From: Vitrella brassicaformis CCMP3155
Lineage: Eukaryota > Protista > Chromerida
Assembly: GCA_001179505.1 (NCBI GenBank)
Contig: CDMY01000238.1
Span: 62,001-126,000 of the forward strand
Length of the DNA stretch: 64,000 nucleotides
Reading direction: 5' to 3'
Below the pieces are notes generated by a model. It was not told the DNA's origin, made no database searches, and worked only from the letters and a program-made list of their open reading frames with translations. Positions within the stretch are counted from its first letter, which is position 1. Every line of letters begins with the position of its first letter. A program made the translations under genes and the position numbers. Positions 1 through 12,474 of the stretch are shown in pieces.

Positions 1-109
1 GTCTCTCTGAGTACACGAACGGAGTGACGTCCAATCTTTTAAAAACATAGGTCTGTCTTCACGTCATGGGACGCAACTAGTAGCTAAACCGACATCAAGA
101 AAGCGTACG

Positions 110-1734
110 TCACAGGGCCCTCAGCTGCAGCACCGAATATCGCTGATAGACGGCCAGCTCATTCAGGACTTTTGGCAACTGCGCACACACACGCACACAC
201 TCGTCTATGCCCACACACGAAGTACAAGTATGTGTACGAGTGAGTGAGCAGCATGACCACTCACCTGCCAAATTCCATCGATGACGAAATGCGCGCCAGC
301 CCGATAGAGCTGCTCGTATACGGTTTTGATGCGGTCACTCAGCTGCCTGCACACACCCACACACGTGGATGGAGTCTTTCCACACACGGCGAAGGGCCGC
401 CTCACTTGCTTATCGACCCATCGATGTCGGCATCGGCTCTCTCGCTCACGAGACGACTTGTACGCGCCACACCTACTGTCCAGCACCTATGGACACATCC
501 ACTCACAGGCTGCACACGCACAGATAGGCTCCCAATGGCTTGTGGTACCCGGCATTGAGCCCCTCCTCTATGCCGCTGGCCGTGCTGCTCACGCGGACCA
601 CACTCGTGGCTGGGTACACACCTGCATAACCATGCAAACACGCAAAAAGCATGTGTTATGTGTGTCACGTGTACATGTGTTGTGTGTGCCTACCCAGTCT
701 GTGCATGAGGTGGAACACCAGCCACGGCTGGGGGGCCTTTGGGGAGGTCTCTCTGGTCGACAGAAAGGCGTCAGGCAGGAAACCCTCGCCGAAATACTCT
801 GCTCGGAGCTTGAAACCCTCAAGGGCCTCTGGAGGGACACACACAGTCGCATCGAAGCCTGTGTGAGGGCTGATAGATGTGCGTGTAGGTGTGCCGACCT
901 TCGTTGCAGTCAGCAATGACGGCGATCTTCAGCCCAGCCTCCTGAGTCGACGGGAAGAAAGGATATCTGAATTGGCGTGACGCAATGAGAGTGAGGTCCC
1001 CTCTTTGTCATTGCAGCAAACCTTGAGGCTCTTCAACGTCTCTGTGGCGTTCTGCAGGGGCATGTGTGCAGATGCCTCCAGATGTGCCCATATGTGTGTC
1101 TAGTGTGTGCACACGTACCTGTATCGGTTTGGATGTCCTCACAGTCTTCACGTACTCACTGTCAAAGGTCTGCACACAGGCGCAAGGATCAGGCCTCTGC
1201 GTACCTGGACAAATGAGCGCACCTGTATGAGCGATGGCACCACCCAGGCAGGGGCAGTGACGTTCGGCAATGCAAGATCAGTGGCCCCCTGAGCCGCCTC
1301 GCGCATACGATCTGCACACACACGCATCGCAACCAACGGTATAGGTCTGTCTGCCGTGTACAGGTAGGCATCTCACCTTCTGTCTTTTGACAAAGGTCCC
1401 GCAGCAATCCCACCTTGCCTGTGGCGTCCTGCACACGTGCAGATCTGCGTGGTTTTTCTCACTCACAGGGTGCTCCTGACTCACCATTGGGTGCGGGTCT
1501 CCCTCCACAAGGCGCGTTTCATCCTCACTCAGCTCAACGCCCTGCACAGAGCCACACACACACACACACACACACGAGTGCAACAGACAAAGGCAGAACT
1601 TCACTCACTCGCGATAGAAAGCTCTCTCGGAGTGCGTTCTGTGTGCCGTGGAGGCCATGGTCGAACCACACGCCTTCCAGATCAAGAATGACGGCACGCA
1701 GATCTGCAGATCCGTCGGAATGGCTGCAAATCAT
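110..1734 (-). CDS. Phosphonoacetaldehyde hydrolase (PhnX)-like HAD protein, multi-exon, degenerate motifs II/IV
   Basis: Spliced exons read LRAVILDLEGVWFDHG (cf. PhnX DWAGTTVDYG), [79 protein letters not shown] and LYRAGAHFVIDGIWQLPKVLNEL...RAL*. Stop at 110-112. The 5' end is uncertain. Confidence 0.8.
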
Positions 1735-1988
1735 GAATGAATGTACTCTTTCTTACCAACAGTGGCCTTCCTGCAGCGAAAGCCAGGGTCAAAAGGCGCC
1801 TCTCTCGCCAGCATCCGCCTCTGCGAGCTTAAAAGCTTGCGACCCAACCAACGGCCGCGACAAAACGGCCTCCGGCAGGAAAACCTGATGACGGAACAGG
1901 AACAAGGCAAGGACAACAGGGATACAGCGGGAGGTGCAGGGGAGGAAGCAGCGCATGAACAAGGGCACTGCAAGCGGCAGCAGTGGAG

Positions 1989-3168
1989 ATGCTTCCCTTG
2001 CCCACGTATACGTTGTCTGAGCGCATCAGGGATGCACAGCGACAAGGCAAGACGCGCGTCGCCGTGCTGATGCTCTCTGGCGCACTCAACCCTGTAAGGA
2101 TGGATAGACCGATGAAGACAGGTAGATCCAGTCAACCGCTGACAGTGTGTCTGTGGGTCGCTGTGTTCAGGTACACAATGGCCATTTGGAGGCCATGGAG
2201 GTGTGTCGCGCCGCCATTGAGACGTTCTTCGGTGTGGCTGTCGTTCAAGGTTGGTCTGACTTCTTCTGACACACAGACACGCCAGACACACAGACACAAT
2301 GCTGCATGGACTGATGTGTAGGTTATGTTATACCGTCCTCCGAGCGGTATGTCGACGGCAAGCAGGCCAAGAAAGGGCAGCCCTCGCTGAGCCTCGCCGA
2401 CCGCGTCACGCTGTGCGAGTTGCCTGCCAGGCACACCGGCCACCCCACAGGGATGGGGGCTGGTCGCCCTGGCTGTCGGTCTGCTCATGGGGTTGGCACT
2501 GCAGCTGGGCACTGGCCGAGTGAGCGATTGAATGATGGGGTGTGTAGGGAATGGTTCTTCGAATGAGCGTGTGTCTGGCTGGTTCGTTCAGGGAGCTTGC
2601 TAGCACCATCCCTCAGCGCATTGATATGAGGGGCATCCAGCTCGGTCCGTGTGTACTCACAAGCGGAAGCGGATCAGCTGAATGTGTGGCCTTGTCGTGT
2701 CGTGTTTGTTCAGAGGTGTGGGAGGTGGCCGGTGCGGACTTCGCTCTCCGTCGCAAGCTGTGGCGCCCACCACATTCACTCGACGAGCAGAGACACCGGC
2801 GTATCATCTGTTTGGAGCGGCAGCCAGCCACCGACACCATCAGACACGAGATTGTCCGACACACCCACCACCTGCCCCTCACTGCCACCGTGCGACAGCA
2901 GCACGTGACCGCACACATCGTGCCCTTCAGCTGCCATGGCAACATGCTTGTTGTCGGCGGCATGTTTGTGCTGTTGACCGGGGCGGGGACGCTGATGCGG
3001 CTGAGCGACGCCAGCAGCACACGTGTGCGGAAGGAGCTCGGGCGTGACGGTGGGCGTGAGATGGTGCGTGCCGGGTGGATGAGCAGAGAGGTGGTCGAGG
3101 CCATGCAGGGCATGCACTGGAGGCAGGAAGGAAGCTATGGTCGGCACAGACGCAGGTCGGGGGCCTAG
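1989..3168 (+). CDS. NMNAT-like / cytidylyltransferase-family (HxGH) nucleotidyltransferase with one apparent 1-nt frameshift
   Basis: Spliced: RVAVLMLSGALNP|VHNGHLEAMEVCR..., DRVTLCEL(fs)ACQ...WLSVCSWGW, VWEVAGADFALRRKLW, IICLERQP, DASSTRVRKEL...MSREVVEAM. Downstream exon phases only work with a frameshift near 2422. Confidence 0.72.
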
Positions 3169-3655
3169 CTGGCAAGACGTATATACACATATGAGGAGGG
3201 GGGCGTGTGGGAGGCAGTTGAGTGCCTGTCTGCTCTCCAACTGTCTCTCTCACCCACAAATGCGCGAGAATGGCCGAAAGTGAAGACACATAAGGGCAGA
3301 TAGACGAATGCAATCATGGCACTGATTCCATGTGTCTGATGAGGCTACTTTGAATCCGTGCGCGCGTGCGTGCGTGCTGGATAGCGGGTCTTTTCGTGAT
3401 TAGCAACGCATCAATAGACGAAGGGCAAATTACATATGCAAAAAGTCTGTGTATAGGCATTCGTATGCAAGAGAGGACATTCGAGGACAGACATAACGAA
3501 AGACGAAAACAGAGGATCACGCCGTTTTCTTTGCGCGGCTATTAATTGTGAGAGGGAGATGACGGGAATAGTGCGCATCTCTCCCGAACGGTCTCTCCCA
3601 ACGCGTTATCTCCCTCCCGGCCGTATCTTTGCACCTTTCTCCTCCATTTTGCAAC

Positions 3656-4947
3656 ATGGCAAACACAATGTCAGCGCCGCAAGCCCCTCAGCAGCAGCAG
3701 CAGATCAAGGTGACAAGCAAATCGCAAACAAGCTGGGGTCACTCTCGTCACACAGAACGTGGTTGTGTGTGTGTGCGTGTCAGATGGACGTCGAGAGCAC
3801 CAAGCAGGCATCTTCCTCGAGTCGCGTGTTGGTCATCGTCGGCAGCACTGCCCTCTATCTCGTGACGATGGCCGCCGTCTTCGGCCTCTGCTTTGCCGCC
3901 GTGCAGCGTCAGCCAAGCCAGAGAGGCCGACACACAATGACCTGGCAGCTCTCTCGTCATTTTCTTGTGTTTGGCAGTGTCGAAGGATATGCGTGTGTCT
4001 GAGGACGATCTGCTGGTGAGCAACAAGGACCAGGTGCCGCTGCGATTCAGCGAGGCCCTCAAGTTCGTGCCGCTGGAGGGCTTCGCCTTCCTGCCGCTCG
4101 CCGAGATGCAGAAAATGGCATCGCTGCACATCATGGTGGGCCAATGTGACACTCTGATGGGCCCTCACACTCGTGTGTGTTCTGTGTGTGTGTGCAGATC
4201 GGCAAGGACGGCGAGCGTGTGTACAACATTGAGGCCGTGTTCCGCGACCGCAAGACCAACACCACCGAGGCGCACCTGTCGCTCGGACACAAACTCGTGT
4301 CCGCACCTGGTCGGCTGAAAACACACACGCGGAGATCACTGTGGACACGGACGCTCGGGCACACCACTGTGATCAATGTGTGTGTGTGTGATGATCAGGC
4401 AAGTTCTCGTTAATTGACGAGAAGGGTGAGGTGGTCTACGCAGGCGAGTACGAATACGAGATTACCACGCTAGACAACGCCGTCAAGATCCACAAGGAGG
4501 GGGCGGTCGAGGAGAAGGGCAGCAACAGGCGCAGATTGATTGTCTCAAAAATTAGTGAGTGAAATGACCGCTTGCCGTGGGCGCATCATCCGCACAATTG
4601 CTTGAATGTGCGTTGTTGGTTCAGTCAACAAAATCCATTCCATCCTGGGGGGTGGCTACTATGGCGGCGGCTATTACGGTACGTATGCACATCGACACAC
4701 AACGACACGCGGCCACTGACATGTGTCTGGGCGTTTCTGTGTGCAGGTGGCGGCTATGGTCCCGGCGGCTATGGGGGCCCTGGCTACGGTACCTCTGCAC
4801 TTACAAAGCACACTTAGGCGCACCCACACCCGTGCTGACATGGATCTGTGTGCGTGTGTGTGAGTGTGTGCAGGCTACGGCAGAGGCTACGGCGGCCCCC
4901 GTTATGGATATCCCGGAGGATATGGCTATCCCTATGGCGGCTGGTGA
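3656..4947 (+). CDS. Hypothetical membrane-anchored protein with RRRL motif and Gly/Tyr-rich C-terminal tail
   Basis: Hydrophobic segment VLVIVGSTALYLVTMAAVFGLCFAA, then a globular region, then SNRRRLIVSKI and GGGYYGGGYYGGGYGPGGYGGPGYGYGRGYGGPRYGYPGGYGYPYGGW*. The tail is spread over three short GT-AG exons. Confidence 0.7.
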
Positions 4948-5825
4948 ACACGGCAGCCGTGAGCATGAGCAGCACTTTCTTTGTCAATTCGTACACACGA
5001 GGGAGGGAGGGATGCAGGGAGAGAGGAAACATACATACGTATCGCACACAAAACGCTTCATAAGTAGTCCCAGCAGTGTTTTTGGGTTTTGGCCTGTAGC
5101 GAAACGAGCGACGAGATGCACAGATCCTAGCATTGCGCACGATTGACTCATGGCAGGCGCCACATTTTCTCATGTGTACGTGGGTGGGTGCGGGTGTGTT
5201 GTAAGTATTTCATGAAGTTCATGCGAGAGAGGACGGCGTGGCGCGAGGAAAGGAATGGCATTGGCTTTTACGTCACTCGATGCTACCTGTACACAGCACG
5301 CGTACACACACACATGACTCAACCGTGGCAATGGCTCTGTACACGTCTGTATGCGTATGCGGTGCGTTCGTTTAGTCAAACACACGTGTGGCACGTGTGA
5401 GTGAGTTTTTGTCTTTTTGTGAGTACACGTACACAGGAAGGATTGAAGCACTAAGGTGTGCGTGGAAAAGGCCATGCGAGAGAGCGGACGAGGACAGACA
5501 GACAGATGAGGACAAGCACGTATCGATCTGAGTGCGATACATCAGAGGGGCAGTGCAGCAGAGCAGCGAATTAAGAGTAACGAGGCGGACATGCAGTGCA
5601 GTCTGTGCTGCGGGGAATGCCGAACACTGAAGAGGATTTGCGTACAATGAATTCGATCCATCAAGCGCGCGGTCGGAAGAGGAATAGCCGAAAAGGGACA
5701 GGGAAACTTTCCGACGAACAGCCGAAAGGGACAGGAAAACTATCACATGAAGGGCACATGTAGATGGGTGAGTGTCCACACGCCGGGAATCGCCAACGAT
5801 CCGTGCAGGCGATTCGTTGGCGTAG

Positions 5826-8800
5826 ATGGACCCTTCGGCGCCTGAAAGCAACAGGACGGAGCGACCGGACGTCAGGCATCTCTCCGATCTATCGCGCCTG
5901 CCCCGAAATGAGAAGGTCTGTGTACCCTCACAGAGAAGTTCCATCTATCACCTGCCTCTGTTTTCATTTCGTTTGTGTCTGTCAGGTGACGTTTTCAGCC
6001 GTCGTTTGGGAGGTGTCAGCATGCCCACTGGACCCAAACAGCGCACGTAAGCATCAGTGTGTCCAACAAAGACGTGCTCACACTCGGGATGATCCATTCA
6101 TGTGCGGGTGTGTATACAGCCTGTGTGAGGGTCTGGTTGGTGGATCAGAGTTTTGCCCCTGACAGAGCAACAAGGCCGTCGGTGGCCCTCAAGGTGCGCT
6201 GGACGGTGGATGCACACACCCGTATATGCACCACCTGGTGCTGTGTGCTGCGTGGCAGCTACCTGTCGACATTCCCATGATGGCGGCTGGTGATATCCTC
6301 CATGTCGATGGGGCAACGGTAAGCAGGCCTGCCACCACACGCAGGCGCTCTCTCTGCACATGACATGTGCATGATGTAGGTCGACCCCAAGACCGTCATG
6401 ACGACCACCATCGTGCCCTCTGGCGACACATCTGCGTACGTCTGGCCGTCCTCTTTGCCCGAGCCCCCTTCACACGAGAACGCCACCTATGTGCTCGGGC
6501 CGAGCGGTGCGGTGGACGCTAGGATGGCGACACAACTGTGGGCGTGGGTGCAGACTTGGGGGAAGAGGCCGGCTGGCGGCAACGGGCAGACAGACATGAT
6601 TGGAGAGGTGAGCACATACAAACCACTTATGTACGGCCATCAGACCACCTTGTGGATTTGTTGCAGGTGGAGGATGTCAGTCTGTCGCCGTGCTTTCGAG
6701 TGAAGCTGTCGGCTGCTGACCAGACCCATGACGTGTGGGTGCTGTCTGAGGCACTGGGCTACCACCTGAAGAAGGCAAGACCACAGCAGACGGAAGACCC
6801 CCCACACACATTTGTCGCACTTCAGGGTGTAGAGGTCGGTGATATCCTTCATCTCAGTCGTCTAGAGCACATGCCTGGCGGCACAGGTACGATCCCCAGA
6901 CAGCAAATCATGCCTGCACACGCGACGCTTGTTGTCTCCATCCCAGGCTACATGTACACGACGTCGTCGTCCGCCGTCACCCGTCTGCCTGCCACCCACG
7001 CCGCTCGGCGCTCCACCTCTCCCCCGACAACCATCGCCCCCAGCTCCTTGGCAACCATCCCCGATCCATCTGTGTCGCCACGGAAGCCACCCGCAGCACC
7101 ACACATGCCCCCTGCCAGCAACGCAGCAGACAAGCCAGCAGACGTAACGGTGCGAGCGGTTGCATTGCCGACGACGGCTCTATCTGGATTCCCTTTAAAG
7201 GTCGCGCAGGCAGGTCGTGCCGTGGCAGCGGGCAAGGCTGACGGGGTAAGGGCTGTGGGCAGGGGGACGCCGATCGGCAGCAAGGGAGATGTGTCGGACT
7301 CATCAGACGGTGACCAAAAAGTGGATCGGACAAGGTGACCACATGACACACACACAGTGCACGTTCACGAAAATACACAAAGCTCCATCTGCACCCCTCT
7401 GTCTGTGTGTGGGTGCGCTTAGTCGCCCTGCCAACATCCGCTCGGTGTCAGCCACACCGACGCCGACGCCGACGCCGACGCCCACGCCCGTGATCGGCGA
7501 CCATCCATCACTGGTTACGGCCTGCCTGCACGTGCAGGACGGCGCCAACCGGGAGGGCCTCGGCGTGTGCAAGAAGTGTTACAACAAGGTAGGTAGGTCG
7601 GGGGATACCATACATACCGAGACACACCACTCACTCGATCGAACCATCCACAGTACAAGGACTGGGTGTGGGCGGAAGGGCGGCTGTCCGAGCGGCTCAT
7701 CGATGCCTTCAACAAGGGAGGGGACCTCGGGTTGGTCTTCTCCGAGTACGTCTTCCCATCCCCCAACAAGGTAAGCAACCGTGCCACGGCCGCAGCACAC
7801 GTGATGCACAATATCATGTGTGTGTGTGGTTGTGGGTGTGGCCAGTGCATCCCGCTTGCAGCCTTGGCAGAAATCAGGACAGGCAAGCTGACGCCCAAGC
7901 TGACCAAGAAACTCGTCAACGGCCGCAACGGCGGCCTGGACGAGATCGACGTCACCTGGTTCGTACTGAGGCAGATCCAGGTAGGTGCCCTCCTCCCCCT
8001 CCCCGTCCCCGCAACACAACACCCAATGCATGTGGGGATCGGGGTTGTGTTGCAGGAGCGGTATCAGCTCCCAGAAGGTCGCAAGACAGCGGTGTTCGAG
8101 CTGCCCACCAACATGACCGACGAGCCGCCGTCAGTCATCCGCAACAGAATGCCGCTGCCGGCGAATGACGACCAACCAGAGAACGAAGTCCCCCGGCAGA
8201 GGCGTCGCGCCCGCACACCAGCACCAGCACCCAACACGCTCACCAGTGCGGCCCCACCACAACAGAACAACTCATCAGAGGCAGCATTTGACGCCCCCGT
8301 GGCCCCCTTTGTCAGCAACGGGGCCCAACAGGGGGGTGATGGTGGCCTGATGGCCATGGCAGATGACGCAGAGGTACGTAGGACAAAAGACATGCGCAAA
8401 CGTCCTCATGTGATGGCCTTCATGTGCGCAGGTGTGCGTCAGTGTAGCAGTAGCACCAGCAGCTGGCGTGACTTTCAGCGTGGTAGGGTGGAATGTGATG
8501 TACGAGTCGACCGTGGGCACAGGGGCCACCAGCAAGCGCCGGATGGTCGTCAGAGCGATGCACAGCCACCTCCAGCCAGAGATCATGCTCATGCAGGTTT
8601 GTACGTATGTTCCACGGAGAGGAAAACATTTGTTTATGTGCCGAACATGTGTGTGTGCAGGAGGCCAGGTCCGTGTCTGAGCTGGTGGACGGCTCATATC
8701 GTATTACTGCTACAGGTCGGCGTGGTATCACACCTCTGTGTGCGAAGCCGTATGTGTGTGTATGCCTTTGTTTCAGGCGGTGTCGGCAGGGAGGATGCGG

Positions 8801-9985
8801 CCATCGCATGGGACGCCCGGCGTGTGACGCTGACGCCGATCCCGATAGATGGCGACATCTGGACGGTAGGCATCCACACACAGAGAACCCAGACATGGAC
8901 ATGATGGACATGATGTGTGTGCTGCACATGACGGTTGTGTGCAGGATGCGCTGAGTGCTCTAAAGGCCAGCGAGGCCTTCAACCGCGACTTCCGCATCCC
9001 AAAGAGGTACGTGTGCATTTGTGGGAAGGCACAGAGGCACGTGTGTGAGTGTGTATGCCTATGCAGGCAAGATGCGGAGGCCTTCATTGACGGCCTGCTG
9101 GCGGGTGGCGGCGCTGACCGACACAGACTGTGTGTTGGCCTCGTCACTGCAGAGGTGCAGTCACACATACTTATGGCCCTATGTGCGTGTGTCGATCTGT
9201 GTATGTGTGTGTGCCTATGAATGCAGGAGTCGCTTAGGTGTCTGGTGGCGTCATTCCACAACTACCACTGGCGAAGAGAGAACGAAACAGCATTCAACGC
9301 CATGACGGTACGACTGCACTGCAGAATTGTGTCTGTGCGCACAGAGGGACGGGCACTTTGTCTGTCCGCACACAGGTGGTTTTGGAGTTCCTGCGCATAG
9401 CGAGAGAGAGCGTTGCCGACGGCAGATACCCAATCCTGCTCCGTAAGTGCACACCATTCAACACAGATACGAATCCTTCTGGAGATTCGTCTACACGTGT
9501 GTGCCTGCAGATGTGGACGCCAACATCAACTTGGCCAAGCCACCAGGCCGTGATCCCCTGCAGCATCCGCCCATGGACCAGACACCATGGAAACTCCACA
9601 CGTATCAGGTATGCCCCCGCATGCCGTATACGCTTCATATCTGTGCTTGCGTGTCTACAAATGCCTTCATGCAATGCAGCCGTCTGCGCGCCGATTGTCC
9701 AAGTCGTGCATCGACTACTTCCTCTCCCTCAACCCGACTGCTGAGCGTGGTGGCTGTGTCATTGACGTGAAGGACGTGACGGCTGTCGACCTGAAGGAAT
9801 GCATCATGAACGAGAGTGTGGTGCCTCCCGCAGCTTTGCAGGTGATGAGAGACCAGGTGGCGCTCTCATCGCGGTCCAAGGATGGGTCCACTGTTGACTT
9901 TTCGAGAGAGGCTCTTAGCGAGACGCTAGATCACGACCCCATTAGGTGTACTGTCGTGTTGTCTGAGCGGCCGCCTACGGCATGA
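5826..9985 (+). CDS. POT1/TEBP-alpha-like tandem OB-fold protein fused to an EEP (exonuclease/endonuclease/phosphatase) domain
   Basis: OB1: VTFSAVVWEV...VRVWLVDQS...LPVDIPMMAAGDILHV...VDARMATQLWAW. OB2: DMIGEVEDV...VEVGDILHLSRL. A Pro/Ser linker follows. EEP motifs: VVGWNV, QPEIMLMQE, VASFHN, ILLHVDAN, SCIDYFL, LDHDPIR. Exons from 6380 to the stop at 9985 splice in phase; one junction (6318/6380) does not reconcile. Confidence 0.65.
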
Positions 9986-10181
9986 ATGTGGATAGGGAGG
10001 GATGCGTGAGAGGTGTCTGCAGTTGTGACGCAATGAGTTGCTTGCACGGAAACAAACCGGGATTTCACAAGTGCACTGCTGTCACACATCATCGTGCAAC
10101 CTGCCTTGTCCTGAACTCGCGTACATCGTGTTTGTCATGTGTCCTTGTGTGTGTGTGTGTGTGTGTGTGTGTCTTGCGCAG

Positions 10182-10720
10182 ACGGTGGTAGAGGGCAGCA
10201 CGGTGGCCAGGGTGTACGAGATGTTCATCTGCCAGTGGGTCGGGACGCCCAACAAACGGCTTCGGCTGCTCTACCGGTATGCACATTCACCCCCAGCCCC
10301 CTCCACCTATCGCTAGCCTAATCTCACTCTCTACTTGTGTGTTCTCCGTTTAGCGCCACACGCGATGGCCCGACGTACGGCGATCTCCTTCGGTGCGTGG
10401 GCAGCACCAAGGGCCTGGTCTTCGTCGTGCGCAAGAACCAGTACATCTTCGGCGCCTACATCAGCGAGGGCATCAAGTTGCCGGATGCTCCGATGCTCTA
10501 CAGCAGGTACGAGTGCGGCGGGTAGCAATTCTGCCTCAGCGGCAACTTTGACACGCCGACCAAGATAACCATTTCTCGACCGTACCTCGAGAGGTTGCCC
10601 GGAGGGACGGGGCAGCGGAGATTTGTGGGAACATCAGTATCAGGGGGCATATCTGTTCGCGCACCTGTGCCTGGGCCATGCCGAGACAGACATGGGTTTT
10701 TGTGCCGACATGCGCTGCTG
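10182..10720 (+). pseudogene. Decayed TLDc-domain gene
   Basis: RLRLLYR|ATRDGPTYGDLLRCVGSTKGLVFVVRKNQYIFGAYISEGIKLPD is TLDc-like. In-frame TAG at 10523-10525 is followed by QFCLSGNFDTPTKITI; later family-like pieces (EVARRDG..., HLCLG...ADMRCC) lie in different frames. Confidence 0.7.
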
Positions 10721-11885
10721 CTGTGAGCCATCGATGTGCATGAACTGCCTGCGGGCTATCGGGGGTATGTGCACGAGCCAATCTCTTTCCCTGCACCGCT
10801 CGTTCTGGCAGCCGCATGAGCTTCCTGGCTGATGAGCTGGAAGTGCTCAGTGTGGTGTGAGCACCAGCAGCATGTGTGTGTGTGTGTGTGTGTGTGTTGA
10901 GAGGCTGCTGGTCGTCTCTCTCTTTAGCAGTGCACGTGGTGATTGATAATAGTCTGTAGTGCATCTATCTGCAGATGCATGGGTCATTGACATACGTGTC
11001 ATTCACTGTCTTCCGTGCAAAAAAAAAGACGAAAACTTACAGAAGCTGAGAGCGCTTATGCTTATGGGCCGCAGGCGAGAATTCTCGTCGGGAGACAGAA
11101 TTTACAATTCTATATATAAAACAAAACACCTGGTGCCGCGCCTTCAGTTTTTTCTCTTTCTGGCAGGTTTTCCTCGCGTCCCAGCCGCCTCATCGTCGCC
11201 CCTCCTCCCTTCCTGCAGGCGGCAGCAGCGGCAACCAACAGCCTCGCCACGTTTATCGGCCTGCCTGCTGCCAACGCGGCATCAGCCAGCTCGGCCAAGG
11301 CTCCATGTCTGACTGTCCACTGCATCGCTTCCTTGAATCCTTGTCGGTCGGTGTTTGTTTCAGAGGTAAGTGTGTCAGCGTGTGGCTCGTCGAAGGGACA
11401 TGTGTGTGTGTGTGTGTGTGCCTGTCTTCCGTTGCACACACGTCCCATGGCCACGGGACAGGGAGAAGAAGCACTCCCGCCGAGAGACGGGGTGAGCGAA
11501 AAAAGGAGAAAAGAGATTCTTCACTTCTGCCTCCGTGTTTTGTCACATCAGGCCCTCCTCTTCGTGGTGCACACACAGGGGCATCTTCCACCGCCGGCCC
11601 TAGCGGGGCTGAGCTATTCGCCTGCGACATCAACCAGACGAATGTCGAGCCCGAGTCCACGGTAAGTGGGAAGAGAAACACGTCAGGATGTTTTTGAGCA
11701 TCCCTGCAGGAGCCACCCAGCTAAGCCAGCTTTCGCTTCCGCGTCGGAAACAAACAGCAAACACTCCGTTGCACCCGGTCCGACGCCTCCTGACATGCGA
11801 CGGCCAAGCGGTAGGCAAGACACGCGCCACCACACCCACACACATCAGATCATCACGACCAGTAATTTCCTGGCGCCTGTGCCTC

Positions 11886-12268
11886 GTGGATATCACCGAG
11901 CAGCTGACCCAACGGCTCTTTCCCTCAGTCTGTTTGTCTGACCGTCTGTCTCACTGTCTGTCTTCTACTCCAGCTTGCGCGGGCAAACAGCACAACGCTC
12001 GCCTTGCTTCTGCCCGCCGTCGAGCGAGACCTTGGCCTTCAATTCGGACCCCTGAGGTCCAAGATACACAACCATTTTCAAATCGGCATCAACAAAACCG
12101 CCCGCAAGGTGCTATTCATATCTGCACTCAGTAATTGTTTGCATATGGGGAATCACATGACTAAGTCACGATGGCTCCGCATGTCTCAAAAATGGTGCAT
12201 CACATTTTCTGTCTGCACTGCAGATTGCGAGAGCAAACAATACAACTCCCGCCGTCGAGAGAGACCTC
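11886..12268 (+). repeat. Copy 1 of a ~385-bp dispersed direct repeat containing two exon-like units
   Basis: Near-identical to 14233-14617 from gtggatatcaccgagcagctgacccaacgg to gagagacctc. Encodes ARANSTTLALLLPAVERDLG and IARANNTT...PAVERDL. Confidence 0.9.
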
Positions 12269-12474
12269 ATCGCCGCCCTGCCCACCTCCCTTCCTACAGG
12301 CGCCATCCTGAGAAAATCACTGGCCGTGATGATGGTCACCGAATCGTACCAGGACACAGACAGATTGAGTCAATGTATTCATCACTTTATCTCAGACAGA
12401 TAATATATTGATGGAATAAGTGTGAGGAAATGAAGAACGTCTGAGTGCCAGGCATGATGTGTGTGGCTTTGCAG

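Noticed and set aside
2613-3113. Minus-strand ORF resembling an organellar transit peptide
   Set aside because: It is the antisense shadow of the nucleotidyltransferase's last exon, and splice signals are on the plus strand.
5689-5745. Short direct repeat gccgaaa(a)gggacagg(g/a)aaact
   Set aside because: Only two ~22-nt copies with no further structure; probably a local slippage duplication.
8432-9985. Non-LTR retrotransposon APE endonuclease
   Set aside because: The domain is split by many spliceosomal introns, and there is no reverse transcriptase or poly(A)/TSD downstream.
9985-10182. TLDc exon as a C-terminal extension of the POT1-EEP gene
   Set aside because: The EEP exon ends in a stop after the DH motif, and no in-phase donor to the 10182 acceptor was found.
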